A stretch of 64,000 bases of DNA from an uncultured Pelagibacteraceae bacterium. Lineage in GTDB: Bacteria; Pseudomonadota; Alphaproteobacteria; Pelagibacterales; Pelagibacteraceae. Under the pieces are notes generated by a model. That model had not been told where the DNA came from, did not search any database, and saw only the letters and a program-made list of their open reading frames with translations. This document shows, in pieces, positions 55,985-64,000 of this stretch (positions are counted from its first letter, which is position 1; each line of letters opens with the position of its first letter). Position numbers and translations under genes: made by a program. The stretch lies in the NCBI GenBank assembly GCA_902580275.1, contig CACHJZ010000005.1:36065-100064 (forward strand), written 5' to 3'.

Positions 55985-56580
55985 AAAATAATATATTTTC
56001 TTGTTTTGAGAGAATTTTGGCAACTTAACAATTGTGATTTATATTTTTTAGACTGTGTTTGCACCTTCTTGGCTAAAGATATAACTTTTGAATTTTTTTT
56101 ATAGTTTTTATAGTTTCCCCAACCCTCATGATAAGCAATATACTGTCTAAATGCGTCTTTTTTTGAAATTTTTAATATTTTTTCGGTTTTATTGGTGTAC
56201 CATCCTATAAAATCTACACTATCTTTGAATCTAGTCCTTGTTGCCAAAGGATTGTTTGTTTCTTGTTTATATTGTTTCCATGTTCCTTTGACTGCTTGAG
56301 AATATCCAAAGGATGAGGATGGTCTTTTATAAGGAATAACTTTGAAAATTTTATTTCTTTTTGGTTTTGCAAGCCAGTCAAAGTCGGACTCCATTTTAAT
56401 AATAGCAAGCTGCAAGTTTATTGGTGTTCCCCATTTTTTTTCAGTATTTTTCGCATGCTTGTACCAAAGATATCTTTCAGAAAATATGGAACAACCGTCT
56501 GCAGTATTTTTAGGAATAGATGAGCAAGAAAAAAGAAATAAACATAGTACTAAAATTAAAATATTATTTTCTTTTTTCAT
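55981..56580 (-). CDS. Lipoprotein with lytic transglycosylase (SLT)-like motifs
   Basis: The track ORF starts at TTG 56607; I prefer the ATG at 56580 (MKKENNILILVLCLFLFSCSS, lipobox LFSC). It carries ES (IIKMESDF), GYSQA and AYHEG spaced like the family-1 lytic transglycosylase motifs ES / GLMQ / AYNxG. Confidence 0.55.
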   Translation of the reverse strand: MKKENNILILVLCLFLFSCSSIPKNTADGCSIFSERYLWYKHAKNTEKKWGTPINLQLAIIKMESDFDWLAKPKRNKIFKVIPYKRPSSSFGYSQAVKGTWKQYKQETNNPLATRTRFKDSVDFIGWYTNKTEKILKISKKDAFRQYIAYHEGWGNYKNYKKNSKVISLAKKVQTQSKKYKSQLLSCQNSLKTRKYIIF

Positions 56581-57073
56581 TTTTTCTCCAATTCCATGGT
56601 TTTTCAAATGTACCCTGCCACAAACCTAATTTATCCTTTTCTGCCTCTTTTTCTTGAAGAATATATTTTTTTGAGTACCTAACATAAGCTAAGGCATGTC
56701 CGTTTCTAACAAGCCAAGAATTAATATTTAATTTATTCTTATAACAAGTTGCAAGCTTCCTTTTGTATCTATCTACATTTTCTATTTTACATAATATTAA
56801 TTCATTTTTTAATAATTTTTTTAGTTTTTTTGAAGAGATTTTTCCACATGGGTATTTTTTATGAAAGGATAAAAATTGAATGCTTAGAAAGGTCTTTTTA
56901 CATGATTGATTCGTCTCAGGCGCATCAATACCAGATAATCTAATTTTGTTGTTTTTAATTTTAATTGTATCGCCATCAATCACATAAGCCTTTCCTTCAA
57001 TTACTTCAGCATAAGCATCAAGTGAGATAAAAAATAATAAAAGCAAAAAAACGTTAAATTTTTTTTTTAACAT
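56564..57073 (-). CDS. Secreted thermonuclease (staphylococcal nuclease, SNase-like)
   Basis: 169 aa with a signal peptide (MLKKKFNVFLLLLFFISLDAYA), plus DGDTIKI...IRLSGIDAPE and the C-terminal LGLWQG motif. Confidence 0.8.
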   Translation of the reverse strand: MLKKKFNVFLLLLFFISLDAYAEVIEGKAYVIDGDTIKIKNNKIRLSGIDAPETNQSCKKTFLSIQFLSFHKKYPCGKISSKKLKKLLKNELILCKIENVDRYKRKLATCYKNKLNINSWLVRNGHALAYVRYSKKYILQEKEAEKDKLGLWQGTFEKPWNWRKNEKRK

Positions 57074-57440
57074 AAGAAAAACATAAAAATAATATTAATG
57101 ATATTAATACACCCAATATATTCCCATATAAATCAGAAATCTGGAAACTTCTATTTGGTACTAATATGTGAAGTATCTCAAATAAAAAGGATATTAAAAA
57201 AAAATAAGTAAGAACGATTTTCTTTTTTTTTTCAAAAAAAAGTAAAAATCCAAAAAATGAAAGAAACAAAAAGGCATAAATATGATTAGATGAGAAATTT
57301 AATAATAAGAAATTAAAGTCATCTGTTAGTTGAGGCTGTCGATTTAAGTCTTTATATATTATAAAACCCAATATACTTCCTGGGTATAAATAGAAAATTG
57401 CAAATATTGTATTTATTAAATAAAATAATGATTTAAACAT
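57054..57440 (-). CDS. VanZ-like small membrane protein
   Basis: 128 aa with four TM helices and a C-terminal LHILVPNRSFQISDLYGNILGVLI resembling the VanZ family. Confidence 0.42.
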   Translation of the reverse strand: MFKSLFYLINTIFAIFYLYPGSILGFIIYKDLNRQPQLTDDFNFLLLNFSSNHIYAFLFLSFFGFLLFFEKKKKIVLTYFFLISFLFEILHILVPNRSFQISDLYGNILGVLISLILFLCFSYVKKKI

Positions 57441-57471
57441 GTTACAGTTTTCTTATATGTAAATTTTTTAT

Positions 57472-58188
57472 ATGAGTCATTTATTTTTAGTAAGACACGG
57501 ACAAAGTGAATGGAATTTGCAAAAAAAATTCACTGGGTGGGTAGATGTTGATTTAACGCCACATGGAAAATTAGAAGCTTGTAAAGCTGGAGAAGCAATA
57601 AAATCAACAAATGTTAAAATTGACTTATTTTTCAGCTCTTACCAATTAAGAGCAATAAATACATTAAAGTTAATAAAAAACACAATAAGAAATAATTTGG
57701 AATTCACAAAAGCTTGGGAACTTAATGAGAGACACTATGGATCACTTACAGGTTTGAATAAAGAGGAAATGAAAAATAAACTTGGAGAAAAAAAAATACA
57801 CGAGTTTAGGCGATCATGGGATATTAGGCCTGACCCTTTAAACCAAAATAGTCCTTACCATCCAATTAACATAGACATTTATAAAAATATTCCAAAAGAA
57901 AATATTCCAGATACAGAGTCTCTTAAAGATACTTATAATAGAGTGGTTAATTATTTTACTCAAAAAATCTATATCGAAATAAAAAATGAAAAAAATATTC
58001 TTATATCAGCACATGGAAATTCAGTACGAGCGCTTTGTAAGTTTTTATTCAAATTAGACGAAAAACAGATTCCCAAGCTTGAAATACCTACTGGAAATCC
58101 TCTTCATATTGAATTAGATCAAAAATTAAAGATTATTATGTGCAGATATCTTGATCAAGATAGAGCTCAGGACTTATTGGTTTTTTAA
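57472..58188 (+). CDS. gpmA: 2,3-bisphosphoglycerate-dependent phosphoglycerate mutase
   Basis: 238 aa with LVRHGQSEWN (phosphohistidine), ERHYG and SAHGNSVRAL. Confidence 0.9.
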   Translation: MSHLFLVRHGQSEWNLQKKFTGWVDVDLTPHGKLEACKAGEAIKSTNVKIDLFFSSYQLRAINTLKLIKNTIRNNLEFTKAWELNERHYGSLTGLNKEEMKNKLGEKKIHEFRRSWDIRPDPLNQNSPYHPINIDIYKNIPKENIPDTESLKDTYNRVVNYFTQKIYIEIKNEKNILISAHGNSVRALCKFLFKLDEKQIPKLEIPTGNPLHIELDQKLKIIMCRYLDQDRAQDLLVF

Positions 58189-58866
58189 TATTTTATTATA
58201 AATCATTAAATCTGTTGTATGTAAAAATTTAAGATTGCTCTCATAACCAAAAAGTTGAGACTGCTTAATTTGATCAGTCCATATTTCATTCATCGAGAAT
58301 TTTTTTTTTGTAGTTTTAGAAAAAATATTTCTATTAATTATTTGACATCCGGTATATATAAATTTTTTATTATTATCTTTTATAAGTTTCTCGTTAACTA
58401 AATTAAAATCACCTTGTAATCTTTTATCAAAACTTAAGTCTTTATGGACAACTAGTAAAATATTGTTAATTTTTTTCGTAAAATAAAAATTGGTCATTTC
58501 TAATATGTATTTATTATAGTTCTCATCCCATATAGTGTCGGGGTTAAAAACTAAAAAATTTTCCTCGTTAGAATCTTTTATCATATTAATGATACCACCT
58601 CCTGTATCAAGAATATCGTTACCATCTTCTATTAATTCAATATCTATATTTGTATTCAATTGCTTTACAAATTTTTTTATCTCATCTGAGAGGTAAAAAA
58701 TGTTAATCTTAATTTTTTTTATTTTGATTTGTTCAATTAATTTAATTGTTTTTTCTAATAGTGTGGTCTCTCCAATTTTCAATAAAGGTTTAGGTGCTGT
58801 TTTGGTTAAGGGAAGCAACCTTTTTCCAAAACCTGCACATAATATGAGTGCTGTATCAATTTGCAT
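58174..58866 (-). CDS. Sugar-1-phosphate nucleotidyltransferase (MurU-like)
   Basis: 230 aa with N-terminal ALILCAGFGKRLLPLTKTAPKPLL. It lies immediately downstream of the AmgK-like kinase domain gene. Confidence 0.7.
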   Translation of the reverse strand: MQIDTALILCAGFGKRLLPLTKTAPKPLLKIGETTLLEKTIKLIEQIKIKKIKINIFYLSDEIKKFVKQLNTNIDIELIEDGNDILDTGGGIINMIKDSNEENFLVFNPDTIWDENYNKYILEMTNFYFTKKINNILLVVHKDLSFDKRLQGDFNLVNEKLIKDNNKKFIYTGCQIINRNIFSKTTKKKFSMNEIWTDQIKQSQLFGYESNLKFLHTTDLMIYNKILKNQ

Positions 58867-60298
58867 TTTTTTTTCTAAGTTTAGCTGAAAAGTTTTTATT
58901 TAAAAACAATTTAAGATCTTTAAAAACTGGTTTGTTTTTAATTCGACTCTCTATTAATTTCCAAGCATATGGAATTAATTTTAAATATTGATTTTTTTGG
59001 TCTCTAAGTGAAAGTCTCGTAAAAATTCCAATAATTTTTAAATTTCTTAGCACAGATAAAATATAAAAGTCATTTTCAAATTCTATTTTACTAATTTTGT
59101 TTTTATTAATCTCAATATAGTAACTAAGAAGTATTGCCTTAAGTTTGCTGCTAGTTTGAAATCTTACATCGTCTATTAAAGAAGCCAAATCATAAGCTTT
59201 ATTCCCTATAACAGCATCTTGGGAGTCTAAAATACCATATGAGTTTTTGCATGGAATTATATTAGATATATGAAAATCTCTATGTACAAATGTATCATTT
59301 TTTAACATTATTTTTTTTATTAAAGATTTAATTATTTTTTTTAGGTGTAAGTTTATTTTTTTAACATCTTTCCTATTTTTATTAGCAACTACATACCAAT
59401 CACAAAAAAGTTTTGCCTCATTAAAAATTTTCGTATTTGTATATATAGGGACTTTATAGTAATCACCGATAAAATTTTTTATCTTTTTTGGTTTAATCTT
59501 CTGAATTTTAAGTAATGATAATATTATGTCTTTGTAAATTTTTAGATTTTTATGACTATTTTTTTTTGAAAAAATGTCAAAAATTGTTTTATTACCCATA
59601 TCCTCTATTTCTATAAAATTATTTTTATAGTTTTGGTGATAAAGCTTTGGGGCAATAATTTTATTTTTAATTAAATTTTTATTAATAGCATCGTAATTCA
59701 AAAGATTTTTTTTCTTATCTTTTTTACAATAAACAATAATAGAACTTTTTTTACCTTTGGATTTTCTTAAAAATGTTCTAAATGAAGCATCCCCCTTAAT
59801 CTGAACATATTTATTTTCTCCAAGAGATTCTTTGATTTCTAAGTCAAATATTATTTTTTTAATTTCTACAAATCTTTTATTTGTATTTTTATTTAATTTA
59901 AAAAAAAGTTCATATCTATTCTTGGGCTTAGATAAAATTTTTTCTGGCCATTCAATTAAAGTCAGTTTGCTTTTATAGTCATTAAATAGACCAGTATTTT
60001 GAAGATCTTTTGTCTTTTCTATTCTGAATAGATCAAAATGATTTATAATCAAATTTTTTATCTGATACTCATTCATAATGTTGAAGGTTGGACTGGTAAC
60101 TTCGCTTAAGGATTTCTTCGATCTTAATTGCAAGTAGTTTATAAGATATCTTACAAATGTAGTTTTTCCAGTTCCGATTTCTCCGTAAAGAAAGACAATA
60201 TCCCCTTTATTAAGAAATGTTGAAAAAATTTTAGCTAAAGAGGCTGTTTTGTTTTCTTTAGATATATCAATCTTGCTACTGTTAGTAGCGATACGCAT
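58856..60298 (-). CDS. Fusion protein: tRNA t6A ATPase TsaE + aminoglycoside-phosphotransferase-fold kinase (AmgK-like)
   Basis: 480 aa. The N-terminal ~150 aa carry the TsaE motifs [23 protein letters not shown] and IEWPE. The C-terminal ~320 aa carry the APH core [11 protein letters not shown]...[19 protein letters not shown]. Its ATG lies 17 nt inside the 3' end of ahcY. Confidence 0.75.
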   Translation of the reverse strand: MRIATNSSKIDISKENKTASLAKIFSTFLNKGDIVFLYGEIGTGKTTFVRYLINYLQLRSKKSLSEVTSPTFNIMNEYQIKNLIINHFDLFRIEKTKDLQNTGLFNDYKSKLTLIEWPEKILSKPKNRYELFFKLNKNTNKRFVEIKKIIFDLEIKESLGENKYVQIKGDASFRTFLRKSKGKKSSIIVYCKKDKKKNLLNYDAINKNLIKNKIIAPKLYHQNYKNNFIEIEDMGNKTIFDIFSKKNSHKNLKIYKDIILSLLKIQKIKPKKIKNFIGDYYKVPIYTNTKIFNEAKLFCDWYVVANKNRKDVKKINLHLKKIIKSLIKKIMLKNDTFVHRDFHISNIIPCKNSYGILDSQDAVIGNKAYDLASLIDDVRFQTSSKLKAILLSYYIEINKNKISKIEFENDFYILSVLRNLKIIGIFTRLSLRDQKNQYLKLIPYAWKLIESRIKNKPVFKDLKLFLNKNFSAKLRKKNAN

Positions 60299-61568
60299 CT
60301 GGTTTGTATGGACCTTCTGGTTTTACACTTATGTAATCTGCTTGATCTTTTGATAAAGGTGTTAGTTTCGCTCCAACTTTTTCAAGGTGTAATCTAGCAA
60401 CTTTTTCGTCAAGATGTTTTGGTAAAACATAGACTTTCTTTTCATATTTTTCTGAATTGTTCCATAATTCTATTTGTGCAGTAACTTGATTTGTAAAAGA
60501 TGCACTCATTACAAAACTTGGATGGCCAGTTGCACATCCTAAATTTACCAATCTACCCTCTGCTAATAGAATTAATCTTTTGTTATCTGGAAAAGTAATT
60601 TCATGAACTTGTGGTTTAATCTCGTCCCATTTATAATTCTTTAAAGCCTCAACTTGTATTTCATTATCAAAGTGGCCAATATTACATAAAATTGATCTAT
60701 CTTTCATAGCTCTCATGTGGTCAGCGGTAACTATATCTTTATTACCTGTAGCTGTAACGACAATATCAGCTTGACCTATCATCTCATCCATAAGAACAAC
60801 TTCGTATCCTTCCATTGCAGCTTGTAGTGCACAAATTGGGTCTGTCTCTGTTATCATTACTCTTGCACCACTTTGTCTTAAAGATGCTGCACTTCCTTTA
60901 CCAACATCACCAAAGCCTGCAACGATCGCAACTTTTCCTGACATCATCACATCTGTAGCTCTCTTGATACCATCTACTAAACTTTCTCTACATCCATACA
61001 AGTTATCAAATTTTGATTTTGTAACTGAGTCATTTACATTTATAGCTGGCACCATCAGAGTTCCTTGCTCTTCCATTTTTTTGAGAGCTAAAACTCCAGT
61101 CGTTGTCTCTTCACTTAAACCTTTTATATCCTTTAATAATTCTTTATATTCTTTATGCATTAGAGCAGTTAAATCTCCACCATCATCTAATATCATATTA
61201 GGTTTCCAATCTTTTTTACCTTCAATAGTTTGTTTTACACACCACCAATACTCTTCTTCTGTTTCACCTTTCCAAGCAAATACTGGAATACCAGCTTTTG
61301 CAATAGCTGCAGCTGCGTGATCTTGTGTGGAGAATATATTACATGAGGACCATCTTACTTCGGCTCCAAGATCTACCAATGTTTCGATTAAAACTGCAGT
61401 TTGAATAGTCATATGAAGACAACCAAGAATTTTGGCACCTTTTAACGGAGATTTACCCTTATACTCTTTTCTCAGTGCCATTAAACCTGGCATCTCAGTC
61501 TCAGCTAAAGAAATTTCTTTTCTTCCAAATTCAGCTTGGGATATGTCTTTTACTTTATAATCTGGCAT
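60282..61568 (-). CDS. ahcY: Adenosylhomocysteinase
   Basis: 428 aa with [47 protein letters not shown] and GHFDNEI. Confidence 0.96.
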   Translation of the reverse strand: MPDYKVKDISQAEFGRKEISLAETEMPGLMALRKEYKGKSPLKGAKILGCLHMTIQTAVLIETLVDLGAEVRWSSCNIFSTQDHAAAAIAKAGIPVFAWKGETEEEYWWCVKQTIEGKKDWKPNMILDDGGDLTALMHKEYKELLKDIKGLSEETTTGVLALKKMEEQGTLMVPAINVNDSVTKSKFDNLYGCRESLVDGIKRATDVMMSGKVAIVAGFGDVGKGSAASLRQSGARVMITETDPICALQAAMEGYEVVLMDEMIGQADIVVTATGNKDIVTADHMRAMKDRSILCNIGHFDNEIQVEALKNYKWDEIKPQVHEITFPDNKRLILLAEGRLVNLGCATGHPSFVMSASFTNQVTAQIELWNNSEKYEKKVYVLPKHLDEKVARLHLEKVGAKLTPLSKDQADYISVKPEGPYKPDAYRY

Positions 61569-61613
61569 AAGAGCGATTTTGTAACAGTATAATTTTAAAT
61601 AATCAACTTTTCA

Positions 61614-63137
61614 TTACGCTGAGGGGAAAATAATTTCAATTTTTGCACCCTTTCCCTTAATTTTGTTACTAGCGCTAATTGTACCACCATGAAGATCAAT
61701 CAAATTTTTCACTATATTTAATCCAAGTCCAGAATGTTCTCCAAATTTTCCAGGTCTATTACTGTAAAATCTCTTAAATATTTTTTTTGTATCATTTTCC
61801 TTAAAACCAGATCCTTCATCTAAAACATCAAGCATCACTGAATTATTTTTTTTTGAAAGCTTTACTGTTATGTTTTTATTATCTTCGCTAAATGAAATAG
61901 AATTTTCAAGTAAATTTGCTAAAATTTGTTCAATTCTGTTTTCAATTCCCATAATCTCAATCTTGTTTCCATTATGATTTGAATTTAGAGAAATTTTTAT
62001 TCCTCTTTTGTTCATATATATACTATTAAAATCATCAACTACTGAGGTAACAATTGGTCTTAGATCAATTTTTTTCATCTGCTCTTTTGTAATTGCAACT
62101 TCATCTTTAAGCATTTGAGAATAATCAGTAATAAGTCTTTCTATACGTTCAACATCGTGACTTAAGATTTTAACAAGTTTATCTCTTTGGTTTTTATCAT
62201 CCGTTTCTGAAATAATCTCAGAAGCACTTTTAAGGGATGCAAGTGGATTTCGGATTTCATGAACAAGATCAGTGGAAAAATTTTCAGCACTATCTGCTCG
62301 TTTTTGAAGCTCATGAGTCATGTCATCTAATGAACTTGATAATACACCGAGCTCATCACCTCTTTTTTTTAAATTTTGTATATTTGTTTTTTTTTCACTT
62401 TTATCTTTAATAATTTTCGTATAATCGACAAGATTTTTAATTGGTTTTAAAAAATATCTATTTAATACAAAAGAAAAAACAAAAATAACTAATGTTACTA
62501 ATAGAGCCGTTCTAATAACAAAATTTTTTCTTTCGTCTATAGCTGTTTTTATATCGTTGGCACGTTCAGCTACTAAAATATAACCAACATTTTCATCGCC
62601 AATTATAAAATTTTTAAGAGTGTTCAATATGAATTGATCATAATATTCCTCTGTAAAAGTATACGGTTTTCCATACTCTTTTGAATTAAAATAATCTCTA
62701 GTAATATCACTTAAATTTTTCTGATCTTTTTTTTTATTATTGCTTGATGCTTTTTCAATATCTGTATCAATATTATCAAATTCTATTTGGTCAGTTCTTT
62801 GAGAAAAAGATCTTGGATCTAAGTCCAATGTATCGGTATCTGCAATAATGTTATATTCAGTATCGAGAAAAATTACTCTGTCTAAACTTTGAAATAAAAA
62901 TCCTGTTGAAAATAAAAATCTTCTTAAATCTTCTTTATTAAAATTTATTTTTAATCTTTTAATATGATCGGCTGTATTATTAATTACAGCTATATGATTT
63001 GAAGTTTTTTTGTATATTAAATTTGGCTTTGAAAAATTTAAATAAACAATTGTCAAGATTCCAATTACTATAAAAACAATAAGATTTATAAATAAAAATT
63101 TTTTTAAAATTGAGAAATTCTTTAATATAGAACCCAT
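61614..63137 (-). CDS. chvG: Sensor histidine kinase, ChvG/ExoS/BvrS-type
   Basis: 507 aa with two TM helices flanking a periplasmic domain, a HAMP region, the H-box LVHEIRNPLASL, and N/G boxes (NLLENSISF, DEGSGF, GLGLNIV). It sits downstream of the ChvI-like regulator. Confidence 0.72.
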   Translation of the reverse strand: MGSILKNFSILKKFLFINLIVFIVIGILTIVYLNFSKPNLIYKKTSNHIAVINNTADHIKRLKINFNKEDLRRFLFSTGFLFQSLDRVIFLDTEYNIIADTDTLDLDPRSFSQRTDQIEFDNIDTDIEKASSNNKKKDQKNLSDITRDYFNSKEYGKPYTFTEEYYDQFILNTLKNFIIGDENVGYILVAERANDIKTAIDERKNFVIRTALLVTLVIFVFSFVLNRYFLKPIKNLVDYTKIIKDKSEKKTNIQNLKKRGDELGVLSSSLDDMTHELQKRADSAENFSTDLVHEIRNPLASLKSASEIISETDDKNQRDKLVKILSHDVERIERLITDYSQMLKDEVAITKEQMKKIDLRPIVTSVVDDFNSIYMNKRGIKISLNSNHNGNKIEIMGIENRIEQILANLLENSISFSEDNKNITVKLSKKNNSVMLDVLDEGSGFKENDTKKIFKRFYSNRPGKFGEHSGLGLNIVKNLIDLHGGTISASNKIKGKGAKIEIIFPSA

Positions 63138-63140
63138 TAA

Positions 63141-63842
63141 TTAACTTACATTCCATCTATAACCACTTCCATACCTCGTTTCGATAGCAGAGAAGTTTTG
63201 GTCTACTTTTTTAAATTTTTTTCTAATTCTTTTAACATGACTATCAATTGTTCTGTCCTCAATATCGGTATCTTCTCTATATGCAATGTCCATTAATTGG
63301 GATCTCTCTTTTATTATTCCCGGTCTTTTTGCAAGTTCTTGGACTATTAAAAATTCTGTAGTTGTAAGTTTATCTGGTAATTGCTTTCCATCCCATTCAC
63401 ATTCTAATTGTGAAGGATCAAGTTTTAATTTACCATGTGAGATTATATTTTTCGTCTCTTCAATAGGATTTAGATTTTTCTTCCTTAATTGAACCCTTAT
63501 TCTCTCAATTAATACTTTAATAGAAAAACCTCCAGACTTTTTTACAAAATCGTCAGCGCCTAATTTAAGTCCTAATAATTCATCAATTTCATCATCTTTT
63601 GAGGTTAGGAAAATTACAGGTAGGGTTGTTTTTTTTCTAAGTTTTTTTAATAACTCTTCACCATCCATTTTTGGCATCTTTATATCGATTATTGCTAAAT
63701 CTGGTGGTTGTCTTGTAAGACCAATCAAAGCGCTCTCACCATCTAAATAAGTTTGAACCTTAAAACCCTCTTTTTCTAGAGCAATACTAATACTAGTTAA
63801 AATATTTCTATCATCATCAATTAATGCAATAGTTTGTTTCAT
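63141..63842 (-). CDS. chvI: OmpR-family response regulator, ChvI-type
   Basis: 233 aa with QTIALIDDDRNILTSISIALE, DIKMPKMDGEELL, LPVIFLTSKDDEIDELLGLKLGADDF and a C-terminal DRTIDSHVKRIRKKF...GYRW. It is near-collinear with rhizobial ChvI as I remember it. Confidence 0.85.
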   Translation of the reverse strand: MKQTIALIDDDRNILTSISIALEKEGFKVQTYLDGESALIGLTRQPPDLAIIDIKMPKMDGEELLKKLRKKTTLPVIFLTSKDDEIDELLGLKLGADDFVKKSGGFSIKVLIERIRVQLRKKNLNPIEETKNIISHGKLKLDPSQLECEWDGKQLPDKLTTTEFLIVQELAKRPGIIKERSQLMDIAYREDTDIEDRTIDSHVKRIRKKFKKVDQNFSAIETRYGSGYRWNVS

Positions 63843-63904
63843 AAATATGTATCTACTTATACAAATACTAAATTGTCCTTAATTGGGCAAGGTTACCAAA
63901 AAAA

Positions 63905-64000
63905 CTAATGTAGTAACCCCCAATTTTCTCCACTATTAACATCTACTGTGAGAGGCGTTGAGAATGAATGAAGATCGCTATCCTTTACACTTGTCATTTC
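63905..64000 (-). CDS. 3' end of an unidentified gene (5' end outside the window)
   Basis: The minus-strand frame is open from the window edge to TAG (complement of 63905-63907). The tail is ...EMTSVKDSDLHSFSTPLTVDVNSGENWGLLH. I do not recognise the family. Confidence 0.3.
   Translation of the reverse strand, partial: EMTSVKDSDLHSFSTPLTVDVNSGENWGLLH

Noticed and set aside
63873-63890. A weak hairpin, TTGTCC-TTAATT-GGGCAA, between the unidentified upstream gene and chvI, as a possible terminator.
   Set aside because: It is only a 6-bp stem with one G-U pair and no clear U-run on the transcribed (minus) strand, which is insufficient to call.

Overview
This is a strongly AT-rich, very gene-dense chromosomal segment. 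There is almost no intergenic DNA, most co-directional genes abut or overlap at start/stop codons, and nine convergent gene pairs overlap at their 3' ends. Gene content and synteny are alphaproteobacterial and best fit a streamlined marine SAR11/Pelagibacterales-type genome; that assignment is inference from composition, packing and gene order, not a database hit. I can support about 75 protein-coding genes. I see no rRNA, tRNA, CRISPR array, transposase, integrase or obvious foreign island.

Main content in order:
- The tail of the F0 ATP synthase operon (b'/b).
- A retinal (rhodopsin chromophore) biosynthesis operon, crtI-crtB-crtY-blh, running into ispH-thrB-rnhA.
- Peroxiredoxin and thrC.
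- A heme-copper cytochrome c oxidase locus (coxB-coxA-coxC, a subunit IV-like gene, an 87-aa ORF and ctaB), plus a second subunit-III paralog and SCO1.
- A DoxX-pirin-quinone reductase cluster.
- ubiA-msbA-waaA-lpxK-lpxL (late lipid A steps).
- purD, rsmD, pgi, lspA, ileS, ribF and groESL.
- A lysine/glutamate-rich coiled-coil protein, followed by Cfa-family, DHDPS-family and GT9 genes.
- A Tim14-like J-protein, oligopeptidase B and a small heat-shock protein.
- A purine permease and phosphoribosyltransferase pair.
- GT17, DUF1330, alkA and DMT-transporter genes.
- A tight msrA-rhodanese-RND efflux run.
- An overlapping lytic transglycosylase / secreted nuclease / VanZ-like triad.
- gpmA, murU, a TsaE-AmgK fusion, ahcY and chvG-chvI.

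I did not find a convincing novel multi-gene system such as a defense island. The best second-look candidates are:
- an untracked 57-codon two-TM ORF wedged between blh and ispH;
- orphan small membrane ORFs inside and beside the oxidase operon;
- the polybasic coiled-coil protein;
- RpoH-type promoters, with a possible ROSE-like leader at the sHSP gene;
- a 17-bp inverted repeat in the cox promoter region;
- an unusually long non-coding spacer after groEL;
- loss of the hprK/PTS module from the conserved chvI-chvG...ahcY neighbourhood.
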